This document shows positions 28,595 through 39,117 of a stretch of 64,000 bases of DNA, piece after piece; within the stretch, counting starts at the first letter, position 1, and each line of letters opens with the position of its first letter. The DNA lies in contig PHAI01000001.1 of assembly GCA_002840305.1 (NCBI GenBank), positions 229,463 to 293,462 on the forward strand, in the 5' to 3' direction. Source of the DNA: Candidatus Falkowbacteria bacterium HGW-Falkowbacteria-1 (GTDB taxonomy: Bacteria; Patescibacteriota; Patescibacteriia; Patescibacteriales; UBA12465). The notes beneath the pieces are model-generated. The model was not told where the DNA came from and did no database searches. It saw only the letters and a list, made by a program, of their open reading frames with translations. The translations under genes were made by a program, and so were the position numbers.

Positions 28595-29701
28595 ATGAAA
28601 AAATTTAAGTTATTGCCAGTCTTATTTCTAACATTTTTCTTAGGTGCTTGTTCTTTGAATTTTAAGACAAGCGGAGTCGGTGTTATGGACGGAGGCGTTT
28701 TTGTTACTGGAAATAAGGGAGAGTCTTGGAAGCAGATGTCTTCTATTCCTTCTATCTCTGGTGCCCCAGGAAGTATTGCCAATTCCGATGTAAATAGCTT
28801 TACGATTGACCCAAGCGACAGTGCGGCTATTTATTTATCTAGTATTGGCGATGGTCTTTATTATACCTATAATGTGGGCAGGGGCTGGAATAAAGCTTTA
28901 TCGCTTCCAGGAAATATCACTGTTAATGATGTTGCCGTAGATAACAAAGATAAATGTGTTATTTTTGTGGCCATGGAAAACAAGTTGTATCGAAGTGATG
29001 ATTGTTCTAGAAATTTTTCTCAAGTTTATTATGACAATAATCAGGGAGTTGGTGTTATGGCCGTGGCCCTGGATCATTACAACCCAAAAATTGTTTACAT
29101 GGGTACGTCTCGTGGCGATATTTTAAGAAGTTTTGACGGAGGGGATACATGGAGGGCAATTCAGAGATTGAACGATAGTGTTAAAAAAATATTAATAAAT
29201 CCAAAAGATAGCAGATCCGTTTTTGTTGCTACTACTAAAAATGGTATATATCGTTTTAATTCAGCCGGTGGAGCAAGCTTGGAGCAGCTAGAGGAGTATA
29301 AGAATCAATTTGATAATACTAATTGGACAGACTATAACAAGGAATTAAAAGAATTTGCTTTGGGTGTAAATTTTAAGGATTTAGTTTATTCCTATAGTGA
29401 CAATTCATTGTTTTTAGCCACTGACAAGGTTATAGTTAGATCTTTTGATGAGGGGCAGAGCTGGATTAAAATTAGTCTGCTTACTCCTGAGAGTGATTCT
29501 TCTATAAATGCTATCGCCATTAATCCTCAGAATGCCGATGAAATATTTTATGTTACTGATACTAGTTTCTATCGTTCTTATGACGGAGGAAATACTTGGA
29601 GTGTTAAAAAACTACCGAGTACTAGGGCTGGCAGTTCATTGTTAATTGATTTTAATAATCCTAGTATTATTTATCTTGGTATTAAGAAAATTAAAAAATA
29701 A
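28595..29701 (+). CDS. lipoprotein with BNR/Asp-box repeats (beta-propeller, Ycf48/sialidase-like fold)
   Basis: Lipobox FFLGAC. Asp-box-like repeats GNKGESW, SFDGGDTW, SFDEGQSW, SYDGGNTW. Confidence 0.75.
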   Translation: MKKFKLLPVLFLTFFLGACSLNFKTSGVGVMDGGVFVTGNKGESWKQMSSIPSISGAPGSIANSDVNSFTIDPSDSAAIYLSSIGDGLYYTYNVGRGWNKALSLPGNITVNDVAVDNKDKCVIFVAMENKLYRSDDCSRNFSQVYYDNNQGVGVMAVALDHYNPKIVYMGTSRGDILRSFDGGDTWRAIQRLNDSVKKILINPKDSRSVFVATTKNGIYRFNSAGGASLEQLEEYKNQFDNTNWTDYNKELKEFALGVNFKDLVYSYSDNSLFLATDKVIVRSFDEGQSWIKISLLTPESDSSINAIAINPQNADEIFYVTDTSFYRSYDGGNTWSVKKLPSTRAGSSLLIDFNNPSIIYLGIKKIKK

Positions 29702-29730
29702 ATAAACTTTATATTTTGATGAATTTTTTC

Positions 29731-29826
29731 GTCACCTCGACCGAGCGAAGCGAGCGGGGAGGTCTAAAAACATTGGACAATAGATTTCTCCATTCGCCAT
29801 CCGCAGGATGGCTCAGTCGAGATGAC
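29731..29826. repeat. GC-rich imperfect palindromic (REP/MITE-like) element
   Basis: Left arm GTCACCTCGACCGAGCGAAGCGAGCGGGGAGGTCT; right arm AGATTTCTCC...CTCAGTCGAGATGAC with a nested CCATCC-GCA-GGATGG hairpin. Same family as 61092..61385. Confidence 0.8.
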
Positions 29827-29878
29827 AAGAGCAGAGAGTTGGTAGTATTAAAAAGTATTTATAATTAATTTAAACTAT

Positions 29879-30433
29879 ATGAATATTTACATTCAAAACA
29901 AAAGGAATGAGCTTGATGGTTCTTTGGATTTTTTTAAGAAAGATTTATTAACTGTCAAGGTCGGAAGGGCTAATCCAGCTATGCTTGAAGGTGTCTTTGT
30001 CGAGGCTTATGGAGTTAAAAATCCTCTAAACGCCGTTTGTAATATCGCTGTTAGTGATTCTCGTAGCATGACGCTTACTCCCTGGGACAAAGCGGTAACA
30101 AAAAGCATAGAAAAGGGCATTATCGAAGCTAATCTGGGCGTAGGCGTATTAAATGATGGAGATAAAATTAGGATAAACATTCCCCAAATGACAGAAGAGA
30201 ACCGCAAGGAGGCGGTTAAAAAAGTAAACGAAAAGCAAGAAAAAGCTAGAGTTTCTATTCGTCAAATTAGAGATGAGATAAAATCAAGCATTGAAGAAGC
30301 CTTTGACTCTAAAGAAATCGGAGAAGATGATAAATTCCGCTTTATCAAGGATTTAGACGAAGAAGTTGAGAGAATAAATAGTGAAATAAAAGAAATGAGG
30401 GACAGAAAAGAAGTTGAGATAATGGAAATTTAA
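29879..30433 (+). CDS. frr: ribosome recycling factor
   Basis: 184 aa RRF-like sequence (LLTVKVGRANPAMLEGVFVEAYG ... IPQMTEENRKE). Confidence 0.93.
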   Translation: MNIYIQNKRNELDGSLDFFKKDLLTVKVGRANPAMLEGVFVEAYGVKNPLNAVCNIAVSDSRSMTLTPWDKAVTKSIEKGIIEANLGVGVLNDGDKIRINIPQMTEENRKEAVKKVNEKQEKARVSIRQIRDEIKSSIEEAFDSKEIGEDDKFRFIKDLDEEVERINSEIKEMRDRKEVEIMEI

Positions 30434-30455
30434 TTTTTGATTTTAAAATTTTTTT

Positions 30456-31592
30456 ATGATTATAACTATTTTAATTTTTGTAGCGGTTCTTTCTTTGTTG
30501 GTTTTTTTTCATGAAGCTGGTCATTTTTTTGCTGCTCGAAAATTAGGAATAAAAGTTGACGAATTCGGTCTTGGCTTTCCTCCTAGATTTTTTTGTTTTT
30601 ATAAGAGTGCCCCTAAAAAATGGAAGATTAAATTTGGGAGAAAAAAAATAGAGGACAATATAGATGTTATTTATTCTATAAATTCTATTCCTATCGGTGG
30701 CTTTGTAAAGATAAAGGGCGAAAATGGGCAAGATGCTCAAGATAGTGATAGTTTTGCTGCTCAGAAAACTTGGAAGAGAGCTATAGTAATATCGGCCGGT
30801 GTTTTCATGAATATTGTCTTGGCCTGGATTTTGATATCGATTGGCTTGATGTTTGGTTCTTATCAATCGTTAACAGATCAAAGTGTTTTATCAAAAAATG
30901 TAAAAACATCAGAAGAAAGAGTCAGGGTTTTCCAAATTTCAGAAAATTCTCCCGCCGCCGAAGCTGGTTTGAAGATGTCTGATGCTATATTAAAAGTAAA
31001 TGGAGTGTCAGTGGCCTCTGAAAGTGATGTGCAGAATTTTATTAATGAATCGGGCGACGAAGCAGTTGTGACCATTGAAAGACTTGGAGAAACAAAAGAA
31101 TTGGTCATTAAACCAGAGTTTAACGAAGAGCTAAACAGAAAAACGATTGGAATTGCTATTTCCTATACAGCTTTTATTAAATATCCTTGGTATTTGGCTC
31201 TTGTAGAAGGAGTTAAGGTGACCGGACAATTTCTTTGGCTAATTATTTATACCTTTTTTGACTTTTTGAAAGGTCTTGTTGTTGGTCAGCCAGTATCTGT
31301 TGAAGTCGCTGGGCCAGTTGGCATAGCTAATTTAACTGGGCAAATGGCTAGAATGGGCTTTATTTACTTGATTCAGTTTACGGCTCTTCTGTCTTTGAAT
31401 TTAGCGGTTATCAATTTTTTACCTTTTCCAGCCTTGGATGGAGGTAGACTAGTTTTTTTATTGATTGAAAAAATAAAAGGTAGCCCAGTTAAGCAAGAAG
31501 TTGAAGCTGTTTTTCATAATGTTGGTTTTCTGTTATTAATGCTTTTGATAGTTTGGGTGACATTTAAAGACATAGTTGGTTTGTTTAATTAA
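30456..31592 (+). CDS. rseP: RIP zinc metalloprotease (site-2 protease)
   Basis: HEAGHFFAA, PDZ segment, NFLPFPALDGGR. Confidence 0.9.
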   Translation: MIITILIFVAVLSLLVFFHEAGHFFAARKLGIKVDEFGLGFPPRFFCFYKSAPKKWKIKFGRKKIEDNIDVIYSINSIPIGGFVKIKGENGQDAQDSDSFAAQKTWKRAIVISAGVFMNIVLAWILISIGLMFGSYQSLTDQSVLSKNVKTSEERVRVFQISENSPAAEAGLKMSDAILKVNGVSVASESDVQNFINESGDEAVVTIERLGETKELVIKPEFNEELNRKTIGIAISYTAFIKYPWYLALVEGVKVTGQFLWLIIYTFFDFLKGLVVGQPVSVEVAGPVGIANLTGQMARMGFIYLIQFTALLSLNLAVINFLPFPALDGGRLVFLLIEKIKGSPVKQEVEAVFHNVGFLLLMLLIVWVTFKDIVGLFN

Positions 31593-31686
31593 AGTATTTT
31601 TTTGTTATTTTTGTTTTTTTTGTGGTTTTCAATGCGATAACGGCAAAATAAAATAAATATAAATTTAATAATTAAATTTAAAGAAT

Positions 31687-32010
31687 ATGAAAGTCCAAAT
31701 CAAAACAACAAAAATAGAATTAAGTGGAGAGTTGAAAATGTATACAGAAAAGAAGATGGGTATGCTAGAAAAGTATTTGGGAGATGTGCCCGTTTCTAAT
31801 TGTGACGTAGAGATTGAGCATGTTCTAAACAAACAAAGTTCCGGAAAAGTTTATAGAGCGGAAACCAATTTGTTTTTACCAGGGGAAATATTAAGAGTTG
31901 AGAAAACAGAAGAAACAATAATTAAGGCGATTGATAAAGTTAAAGATCATTTGGTGCTAATGATTAAGAGGTATAAAGAAAAAAAACAAGATAAAAAAAG
32001 AAGAAAATAA
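31687..32010 (+). CDS. hpf: ribosome hibernation promoting factor / RaiA family
   Basis: 107 aa, short-HPF pattern with a basic tail. Confidence 0.8.
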   Translation: MKVQIKTTKIELSGELKMYTEKKMGMLEKYLGDVPVSNCDVEIEHVLNKQSSGKVYRAETNLFLPGEILRVEKTEETIIKAIDKVKDHLVLMIKRYKEKKQDKKRRK

Positions 32011-32028
32011 ATTTTAAATTAAAATAAT

Positions 32029-34788
32029 ATGGGATTTTGGGATAAAGTATTTGGAGATCCGAATGAAAAGATTGTTAAATCTTTACAGCCGATTGTCGAT
32101 AAAATAAACTCACTCGAAGATCAGTTTAAAAAGAAAAGCGACGAAGAGCTCAAAAATTTTACATTAGAAGCTAGAAGTCGTTTGGGAGTTTCTTTTGAAG
32201 TGAAGGACGGTCCTAGCTTTGAGGAACAACAAAAAAAATTAGATGAAATATTACCAGAAGCTTTTGCTGCTATTAGGGAAGCATCTTCTAGGGTTTTAGG
32301 GCAGAGACATTATGATGTTCAATTAATTGGAGGTATTGTTTTACATCGCGGGCAAATAGCCGAAATGAAAACTGGTGAAGGTAAAACCTTAGTTGCTACC
32401 TTGCCTTTGTATTTAAACGCCCTTTTAGGAAAGGGCGTGCACTTAGTTACTGTTAACGATTATTTGTCTAGAGTTGGTGCCGGCTGGATGGCCCCAGTTT
32501 ATCATTTTTTAGGAATTACAACTGGCGTCATTGTTCATGACGCTGCTTTTGTTTACGATCCAACTTTTAATGATGAAAATGAATTTGATCCGAGACTAAA
32601 ATCATTTAGAAAAGTTAGTCGTCAAGAAGCATATAAGTGTGACGTTACTTATGGAACAAATAATGAATTTGGTTTTGATTATCTAAAAGACAATATGGTC
32701 TCCAACTTGGGCCAAATGGTTCAAAGGGATTTTTATTATTCTATAGTTGATGAAGTCGATTCTATCTTGATTGATGAAGCCAGAACTCCGCTTATTATTA
32801 GCGCTCCGGCCGAGGAGTCGAATGATAGATATTTTAGATTTGCCGAATTAGTAAAAAGACTTAAAGAGGGTGAGGATTATAATATTGATGAAAAAATGAG
32901 GGCGTCTACTTTAACCGAGGAGGGAATAGCCAAAATGGAAAAATTTTTAGGAGTTGAAAATATTTATGTCGCTGGAGGAGTAAAAGATGTTCATAATATC
33001 GAGCAAGCATTAAAGGCTCAGGTTCTTTTTAAAAAAGACAAGGACTATGTAATTAAAGACGGTGAAATTTTGATAGTTGATGAATTTACTGGTCGTTTAA
33101 TGCCGGGACGTCGTTATAGCGAAGGATTACATCAAGCCATTGAAGCTAAAGAGGGCGTGGTTGTTCAAAGAGAGTCCCAAACCTTGGCTACTATTACTTT
33201 TCAAAATTACTTTAGAATGTACCCAAAATTAGCCGGTATGACTGGAACAGCGGTAACTGAAGCTGAGGAGTTCTATAAGATTTATAAATTGGAAACAATA
33301 ATTATTCCAACCAATAGATCAAATATTAGAAAGGACTATCATGATTTAATTTACAGAACAAAGGATGGCAAGTTTATGGCTGTTATCAAAGAGGTAAAAG
33401 AAAAAATTCAAACCGGACAACCAGTTCTAATTGGTACTGTATCGATTGAGGATAACGAGCTTTTGGGATCTATGATGGAGAGAGAAGGCCTTACTCCTAA
33501 TATTTTAAATGCCAAAAACCACTTTAGGGAAGCTGAAATTATATCTCAGGCTGGAAAACTAGGCTCGATAACTATCGCCACCAACATGGCTGGTCGTGGA
33601 GTTGATATTATTTTAGGGGGCAATCCGCCCGTTGAAGGAGAGCACAAAAAAGTAAAAGAGTTGGGAGGACTTCATGTTATTGGTACCGAGCGTCATGAGT
33701 CTCGTCGTATTGATAATCAGCTTCGTGGTCGCGCAGGTAGACAAGGCGACCCTGGATCAAGCCAATTTTACATCTCGGCCGATGATGACTTGATGAGAAT
33801 TTTTGGTGGTGACAGATTAAAAGGCGTCATGAATACTTTAAAATTACCAGAAGATATGCCGATTCAAAATAAATTGGTTTCCAATTCAATTGAATCAGCT
33901 CAGAAAAGAGTTGAAGGCAATAACTTTGACATGCGTAAACACGTAGTTGAATATGACGATGTTATTAATAAGCATAGAGAAGCAATCTACAAGAGACGTC
34001 GTGAAATTTTAAATATTTACGAAAATATAAAGAGCAATAAAGAAGACAAGTCAGATTCTTCGGAAGAAAAAAGTTTATCTAATATTGTTTTGGAAATGGT
34101 AGAGGATGAAATTTTCCAAACTATAAATTTCCATACAGCCTCTGACAATGTTAAAGAGTGGAACTTACAAGAAATTTATGAGGTTGTTAATACAATTTTT
34201 TCTTTGAGCGGAGAACAAAAAGATAAAATTTTATCTTATAAAAATAGAACGGAAGTCAAAGAAATTCTTCGTCAAGAACTGAATGATTATTTAGTTGAGT
34301 TGGCTAGAAAAAATTATCAAGAAATGGCAGAGGGATTCAGTGGTTTGGATATTAATTTTATCGAAATCGAAAAAGGAATTTTACTTCGTTCGGTTGATAA
34401 CTTATGGATTGAACACCTAGAGACAATTGATTATCTCCGTCGTGGAATAGGACTCCGTGGTTATGGACAAAGAGATCCGTTAGTGGAATATAAAAAAGAG
34501 GCCTATCAAATGTATCAAGATCTTTTAGGCTTGATTCAAAAACAGGTGGCCTATTCAATATATAAAACTGGTGATGTTAGCAATTTTATTGCTCCAAGCA
34601 TTATGGAGAGAGCTAGCAGATTTTCTGCTCCAGCTAAAGAAATGGCCAAAAGAACTGGTTCCGATAATTCTGGCACAATAGACTTAGTTAAGGACAAAAC
34701 CAAGGATGAAGAAGGGAACAAGGTTGGTCGCAATGATCTTTGCCCCTGTGGTAGTGGGAAAAAGTATAAAAAATGTTGTGGAGCGTAA
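32029..34788 (+). CDS. secA: preprotein translocase ATPase SecA
   Basis: MKTGEGKTLVATLP, DEVDSILIDEARTPLIIS, TNMAGRGVDI, C-terminal Zn finger CPCGSGKKYKKCCG. Confidence 0.97.
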   Translation: MGFWDKVFGDPNEKIVKSLQPIVDKINSLEDQFKKKSDEELKNFTLEARSRLGVSFEVKDGPSFEEQQKKLDEILPEAFAAIREASSRVLGQRHYDVQLIGGIVLHRGQIAEMKTGEGKTLVATLPLYLNALLGKGVHLVTVNDYLSRVGAGWMAPVYHFLGITTGVIVHDAAFVYDPTFNDENEFDPRLKSFRKVSRQEAYKCDVTYGTNNEFGFDYLKDNMVSNLGQMVQRDFYYSIVDEVDSILIDEARTPLIISAPAEESNDRYFRFAELVKRLKEGEDYNIDEKMRASTLTEEGIAKMEKFLGVENIYVAGGVKDVHNIEQALKAQVLFKKDKDYVIKDGEILIVDEFTGRLMPGRRYSEGLHQAIEAKEGVVVQRESQTLATITFQNYFRMYPKLAGMTGTAVTEAEEFYKIYKLETIIIPTNRSNIRKDYHDLIYRTKDGKFMAVIKEVKEKIQTGQPVLIGTVSIEDNELLGSMMEREGLTPNILNAKNHFREAEIISQAGKLGSITIATNMAGRGVDIILGGNPPVEGEHKKVKELGGLHVIGTERHESRRIDNQLRGRAGRQGDPGSSQFYISADDDLMRIFGGDRLKGVMNTLKLPEDMPIQNKLVSNSIESAQKRVEGNNFDMRKHVVEYDDVINKHREAIYKRRREILNIYENIKSNKEDKSDSSEEKSLSNIVLEMVEDEIFQTINFHTASDNVKEWNLQEIYEVVNTIFSLSGEQKDKILSYKNRTEVKEILRQELNDYLVELARKNYQEMAEGFSGLDINFIEIEKGILLRSVDNLWIEHLETIDYLRRGIGLRGYGQRDPLVEYKKEAYQMYQDLLGLIQKQVAYSIYKTGDVSNFIAPSIMERASRFSAPAKEMAKRTGSDNSGTIDLVKDKTKDEEGNKVGRNDLCPCGSGKKYKKCCGA

Positions 34789-34848
34789 AAGCGCTACGCG
34801 CTCACGTTCCAAGGGTCGTAAATTGAGTCAATATTCAATAATATCTTT

Positions 34849-35979
34849 ATGGAAAATATTGAAAAAATAAAAAAAATTGAAAAAGATCCAACATATTTAT
34901 CAGAAAGACTAAAGGACATGGGAGTTGATGATTATGTCCTGAATAAGTATAAGGACTTAATAGAGAATATTGAGTTTATCAATATAAACTTAGATTCTCA
35001 TGCTGGCAAAGTTCATTTAAAAATGGTGGGCGCTCTTTTTAGTAGAATGGAAAATGATAAAACTTTTTTGAAAAATATTATTAAAAATGTTGAATTAGAG
35101 GAGGTGGGAAAAATTGATGTTAGTGATTATTCTTCTGGGGAAGATGCTGATAGCGAAGAACTTTTTGCTTTAACTGGCATGGCCGCTGAAAATATAGATT
35201 TAGATATTGGAACCAATAGAAGGGTAAATAAGGTAGATTGTTATCTTAAAAGTGGCAATTGCATTTCTTTTACTTTATCAGCCGATCTTCATAGGGTGGG
35301 GGATGAGGAGAGTAATTCAAGTCAGGAAAAAAGCGTTTTTGAGTCTGATTTTGGCCAAGAAAACCCAGTTTTACAAAAATATTATGGTTATTTCAAAAAA
35401 GATTTTGATGGTCAAGACAGTAGATTTATTGCCAAGGAGTATCTCCCGGGCAAAAATATAAGTCATTATTTAAATGGTCTTTCCAATAACGACGAATCTT
35501 TATTGGATATATCCGATCTTTCTTCTGACTTAGCTTATTCGATGGCTTATTTATATAAAAAGGGCAACGGAGAGCTTGTCTCTGATTTGAAATTGGAAAA
35601 TATTATATATAATTATGAAGATTCGAATGAAGTGGAATATTCTTGTCGAGTCTGTGATAATTCTGGTTTTTATTCTGAAAATCAAAAAAGAAAAAGTGCT
35701 TATCAAATTTTAGCTCATTTGCAAAGTTTATTGAGCATCTTCAATAATAAAAAAATGTTATTCTTGAGAGATAACAAGAATGTTGAGATCGAGACCAAGC
35801 AAGAGGACGTTATTAATGCTTATTTAGATTCGTTTCTGGAAAATTTAGATGCAGGATCCATGGCCGTGTTTAAAAATAATATAAAGGATATTTTAAACAA
35901 CCCAAGCGATAAAGATATTTTTGAAATAGATAAAGATATTTTAGAATATGCTAGCGATTATTTAGATTTTTTCAAATAA
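34849..35979 (+). CDS. hypothetical protein, possibly a divergent protein-kinase-like fold
   Basis: 376 aa. [16 protein letters not shown] (hinge-like), [11 protein letters not shown] (catalytic-loop-like D-x-K-x-x-N), VCDNSGF (in the DFG position). No clear Gly-rich loop. Ends 22 nt before the pilin gene. Confidence 0.45.
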   Translation: MENIEKIKKIEKDPTYLSERLKDMGVDDYVLNKYKDLIENIEFININLDSHAGKVHLKMVGALFSRMENDKTFLKNIIKNVELEEVGKIDVSDYSSGEDADSEELFALTGMAAENIDLDIGTNRRVNKVDCYLKSGNCISFTLSADLHRVGDEESNSSQEKSVFESDFGQENPVLQKYYGYFKKDFDGQDSRFIAKEYLPGKNISHYLNGLSNNDESLLDISDLSSDLAYSMAYLYKKGNGELVSDLKLENIIYNYEDSNEVEYSCRVCDNSGFYSENQKRKSAYQILAHLQSLLSIFNNKKMLFLRDNKNVEIETKQEDVINAYLDSFLENLDAGSMAVFKNNIKDILNNPSDKDIFEIDKDILEYASDYLDFFK

Positions 35980-36001
35980 AAATATAATTAAAGTTATTTT
36001 T

Positions 36002-38584
36002 ATGATTTCTAATACAAAAAAAAGAGGTTTTACTCTCATTGAACTCCTGGTGGTAATAGCTATTATCGGAATACTCGCAACGCTTGCCGTAGTAGCCTTG
36101 CAACAAGCAAGGCAAAACGCTAGAGATAGCAAAAGGATTGCAGACATGAAGCAGGTTCAAACCGCTTTAGAACTATTCTTTAATGAAAATGGAAGATATC
36201 CTACTACTGAAGAATGGAACAGCGGAGCTATTATTTCATCTTCTTCTCAGGAGGTGTTTATGTATAATATTCCTTCCGCCCCTACTCCAGCTGATGGAGA
36301 CTGTCTATCTGCTTCTAATACTTATACTTATATACCTCAAAACAATGGAGCTAGCTATACCATAGATTTCTGTACCGGCAAACAAGTTTCCGGCCTACCA
36401 GGTGGAGCCAAGCAAATGACTCCGGGCGGAATAATCTTCGCTGGTGGTGTCCCCGATGGAGGAGAGGCAGTTTGTGAACCTGCTTGTGGCGATGGTTATG
36501 ATTGCGTTGACGGTTCTTGCATTTTAGCTGGTAGCGATATTTACCACGTTGCAACGGTTGTTGATAATTCTATACCATATTTAAAGAACTCTTTTAATAT
36601 TGGTATGAGTGGAAATTATATTTTTGTTACAGATGATCGTAATCATTTTGAAACTTTAAATGCCTCTAATCCAGGAAGTCCAGTCCACAGCAGTTTATTG
36701 AGTGGTTTGTATTCTCCTAGAACCATATTTGTTGCTGATAATTTTGCTTATGTTCTCGGCAGTAATGGTTTGATAATTGTTGATATTTCTAACCCAGCTA
36801 ATCCAGTACAAAGAGGTACAGCTAATTTGGGTAATTTGGGTAATCCTAATGCTAAATTTTATGTTTCTGGTGATTATGTTTATAGTGTTGTTGATCAATA
36901 TTTTACCATCGCTGACATTTCTGATCCCGATAATCCATCTTTTGTAGCTGAATTCAGCAGATACTATGATTTTAATCCTATACCAGTACTTGCTCAGCCC
37001 CAAGGAATAATTGTTAGCGGTAGTTATGCCTATGTTGTAAATAGTGGCTATAATCCAGGGTCTGGTATCTATAACGCCTTAGAGGTTTTTGATGTTTCTA
37101 ATCCCTTGGACATTTCTCTTGTAACCAGAATTGTTAGCGGTGATGCTGGCGGGGCCGTAGTTGACGTTCCTACTAACTTAAACATTTATGGTAATTATTT
37201 ATATTTTGTTAATACTAATTATTATGCCACCGGTGATGAAGATTTGTCTTTGGAAATTATTAATATTTCTAATCCAGCATCGCCTGCCCATGTTACAAAT
37301 TTTGATTTAAATAGTACGGAGTTTCCAGTTGGCATGAAAATAGCGAGCAATAAGGCTTATATAGTCTCGGTTGATTATCTTCCTCAAGATCAACCCGGAA
37401 CGGTAACTATTGTTGATATAAGCAATGTTAGTAGCCCGGTTAAATTAGATGAAATAAGTAACGGTGAGGATGGCTCTGAAATTTTTCCTACTAGTGGAAT
37501 AGAAATTTCTGGCAATTACGCTTATATTAGTAATTCTAATTCTTCAATGGAGATTCTTAATATTTCCAACCCCTTACAAATTGAACACCATGGTATTATA
37601 CGGCACGGACAGAGTGGAACATTATTAGAATATCCAGCTGTGGTTTTTTCTTCTGGTGATGACGTTTATGTTGGTAGCGACAGGGGTCTGCAAATATTTA
37701 ATACTTCTAATAAAAGTAATCCAATTTCTGTTGGTAATATAGTCGATGGCGCTGCTGGCGCCAAGCTTAATTCCCCCTATGGTATAGATGTTGTTGGTAA
37801 TTATGCTTATATAGCTTCATATCAAAGTGATGCCTTAGAAATAGTTGATATTACCAATAAAGCCAATCCGGTTCATAAAGGTTATTTGGCTAATTTATCA
37901 GGTGGCGCTAAACTTGATGGTCCATATTCTGTAAAAGTAAAAGATAATTATGCCTATCTTGTTAGCTACTATGATAATGCCATGGAGGTGGTTAATGTTT
38001 CTGACCCAGCAAATCCAGTACATACATCAAGTATGATCAATAATTACTCAACTATAAATATTTATCGTCCTTATTCTATCTTTGTTTCTGGTGATTATGC
38101 ATATGTGGCCGGGATTAATGGTTTACAAATAATAGATATATCCAATCCAGCTTCGCCAATCGCTAAAGATAGTTTTTTAGATGGTGATGATGGCATTTCC
38201 TTTGAATCTTGGTCTGTTTTTGTCAGGGGTGATTATGCCTATATTGCTAGCTACTGGCCAGGCAAGATGGTTGTTTTTAATATTTCCGATCCAAACAATA
38301 TTGTTTTTGTTGGCGAGCTGGAACATGGAACGGGGGATACTAATTTAGAGTGTGCTAATAACATCTACGTTTCTAACGACTATGCTTATATAACTAATGA
38401 CTGTGATTATGCCTTGGAAGTTATTGATATATCTAATCCGTTAATGCCAGTACATGCCGCTAAAATAGACAACTCTACCGGAGCTGAATTTGAAGGACCA
38501 ATATCTGTTTCGGTTGCCAACGGATACGCTTTTATAGCTAGTAATTATAATAATATTTTTGAAGTGATAAAAGTCCCTAATTAA
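36002..38584 (+). CDS. modular type IV pilin: N-terminal pilin module fused to a large LVIVD-repeat (beta-propeller) domain
   Basis: KKRG|[24 protein letters not shown] class III signal. At least 10 LVIVD-type repeats ([90 protein letters not shown] ...). Confidence 0.85.
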   Translation: MISNTKKRGFTLIELLVVIAIIGILATLAVVALQQARQNARDSKRIADMKQVQTALELFFNENGRYPTTEEWNSGAIISSSSQEVFMYNIPSAPTPADGDCLSASNTYTYIPQNNGASYTIDFCTGKQVSGLPGGAKQMTPGGIIFAGGVPDGGEAVCEPACGDGYDCVDGSCILAGSDIYHVATVVDNSIPYLKNSFNIGMSGNYIFVTDDRNHFETLNASNPGSPVHSSLLSGLYSPRTIFVADNFAYVLGSNGLIIVDISNPANPVQRGTANLGNLGNPNAKFYVSGDYVYSVVDQYFTIADISDPDNPSFVAEFSRYYDFNPIPVLAQPQGIIVSGSYAYVVNSGYNPGSGIYNALEVFDVSNPLDISLVTRIVSGDAGGAVVDVPTNLNIYGNYLYFVNTNYYATGDEDLSLEIINISNPASPAHVTNFDLNSTEFPVGMKIASNKAYIVSVDYLPQDQPGTVTIVDISNVSSPVKLDEISNGEDGSEIFPTSGIEISGNYAYISNSNSSMEILNISNPLQIEHHGIIRHGQSGTLLEYPAVVFSSGDDVYVGSDRGLQIFNTSNKSNPISVGNIVDGAAGAKLNSPYGIDVVGNYAYIASYQSDALEIVDITNKANPVHKGYLANLSGGAKLDGPYSVKVKDNYAYLVSYYDNAMEVVNVSDPANPVHTSSMINNYSTINIYRPYSIFVSGDYAYVAGINGLQIIDISNPASPIAKDSFLDGDDGISFESWSVFVRGDYAYIASYWPGKMVVFNISDPNNIVFVGELEHGTGDTNLECANNIYVSNDYAYITNDCDYALEVIDISNPLMPVHAAKIDNSTGAEFEGPISVSVANGYAFIASNYNNIFEVIKVPN

Positions 38585-38595
38585 TTTATAAAAAT

Positions 38596-39042
38596 ATGGA
38601 ACAAACAAAAAAACTTTATAGATCTAAAAGTGATCGAATAATATTTGGTGTTTGCGGTGGAATGGCTAAGTATTTTGATATCGATCCAATAATGATTCGC
38701 CTTGTTTTTGTGGTGTTAACTATTGGTGCTGGTTCGGGAGTTTTAATTTATTTAATTTGTGCCTTAATAATACCGTCCGAAGATGAGGTGGTGATAGTGG
38801 GCGAGAAAAAAGAGGTGGACAGTAAAGCCGAAGAATTTATAAATGAAATTGGTAAAAAAGTTAATAATTTAAGTTCGGAAGTCAAAAAGAACGATTGGCG
38901 CTTTTTTATTGGTTTATTATTGGTACTTGTAGGGCTTAGTTCTTTGTTTGCTAGTTTTATTCCCTTCAGGCAGATTTTTATATTTTTTTGGCCGCTTTTG
39001 ATAATTTTTGTCGGTCTAGTTGTTTTATTTAAGAAAAAATAG
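38596..39042 (+). CDS. PspC domain-containing membrane protein
   Basis: LYRSKSDRIIFGVCGGMAKYFDIDPIMIRLVFVVL is a typical PspC N-terminal domain. Confidence 0.8.
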   Translation: MEQTKKLYRSKSDRIIFGVCGGMAKYFDIDPIMIRLVFVVLTIGAGSGVLIYLICALIIPSEDEVVIVGEKKEVDSKAEEFINEIGKKVNNLSSEVKKNDWRFFIGLLLVLVGLSSLFASFIPFRQIFIFFWPLLIIFVGLVVLFKKK

Positions 39043-39117
39043 TTCTATTAATATTAAATTTGCTATCATTTTTAGATTTTAGCCAGTGAGAGCTTTTTCT
39101 AGAATTGATTTTAAAAT

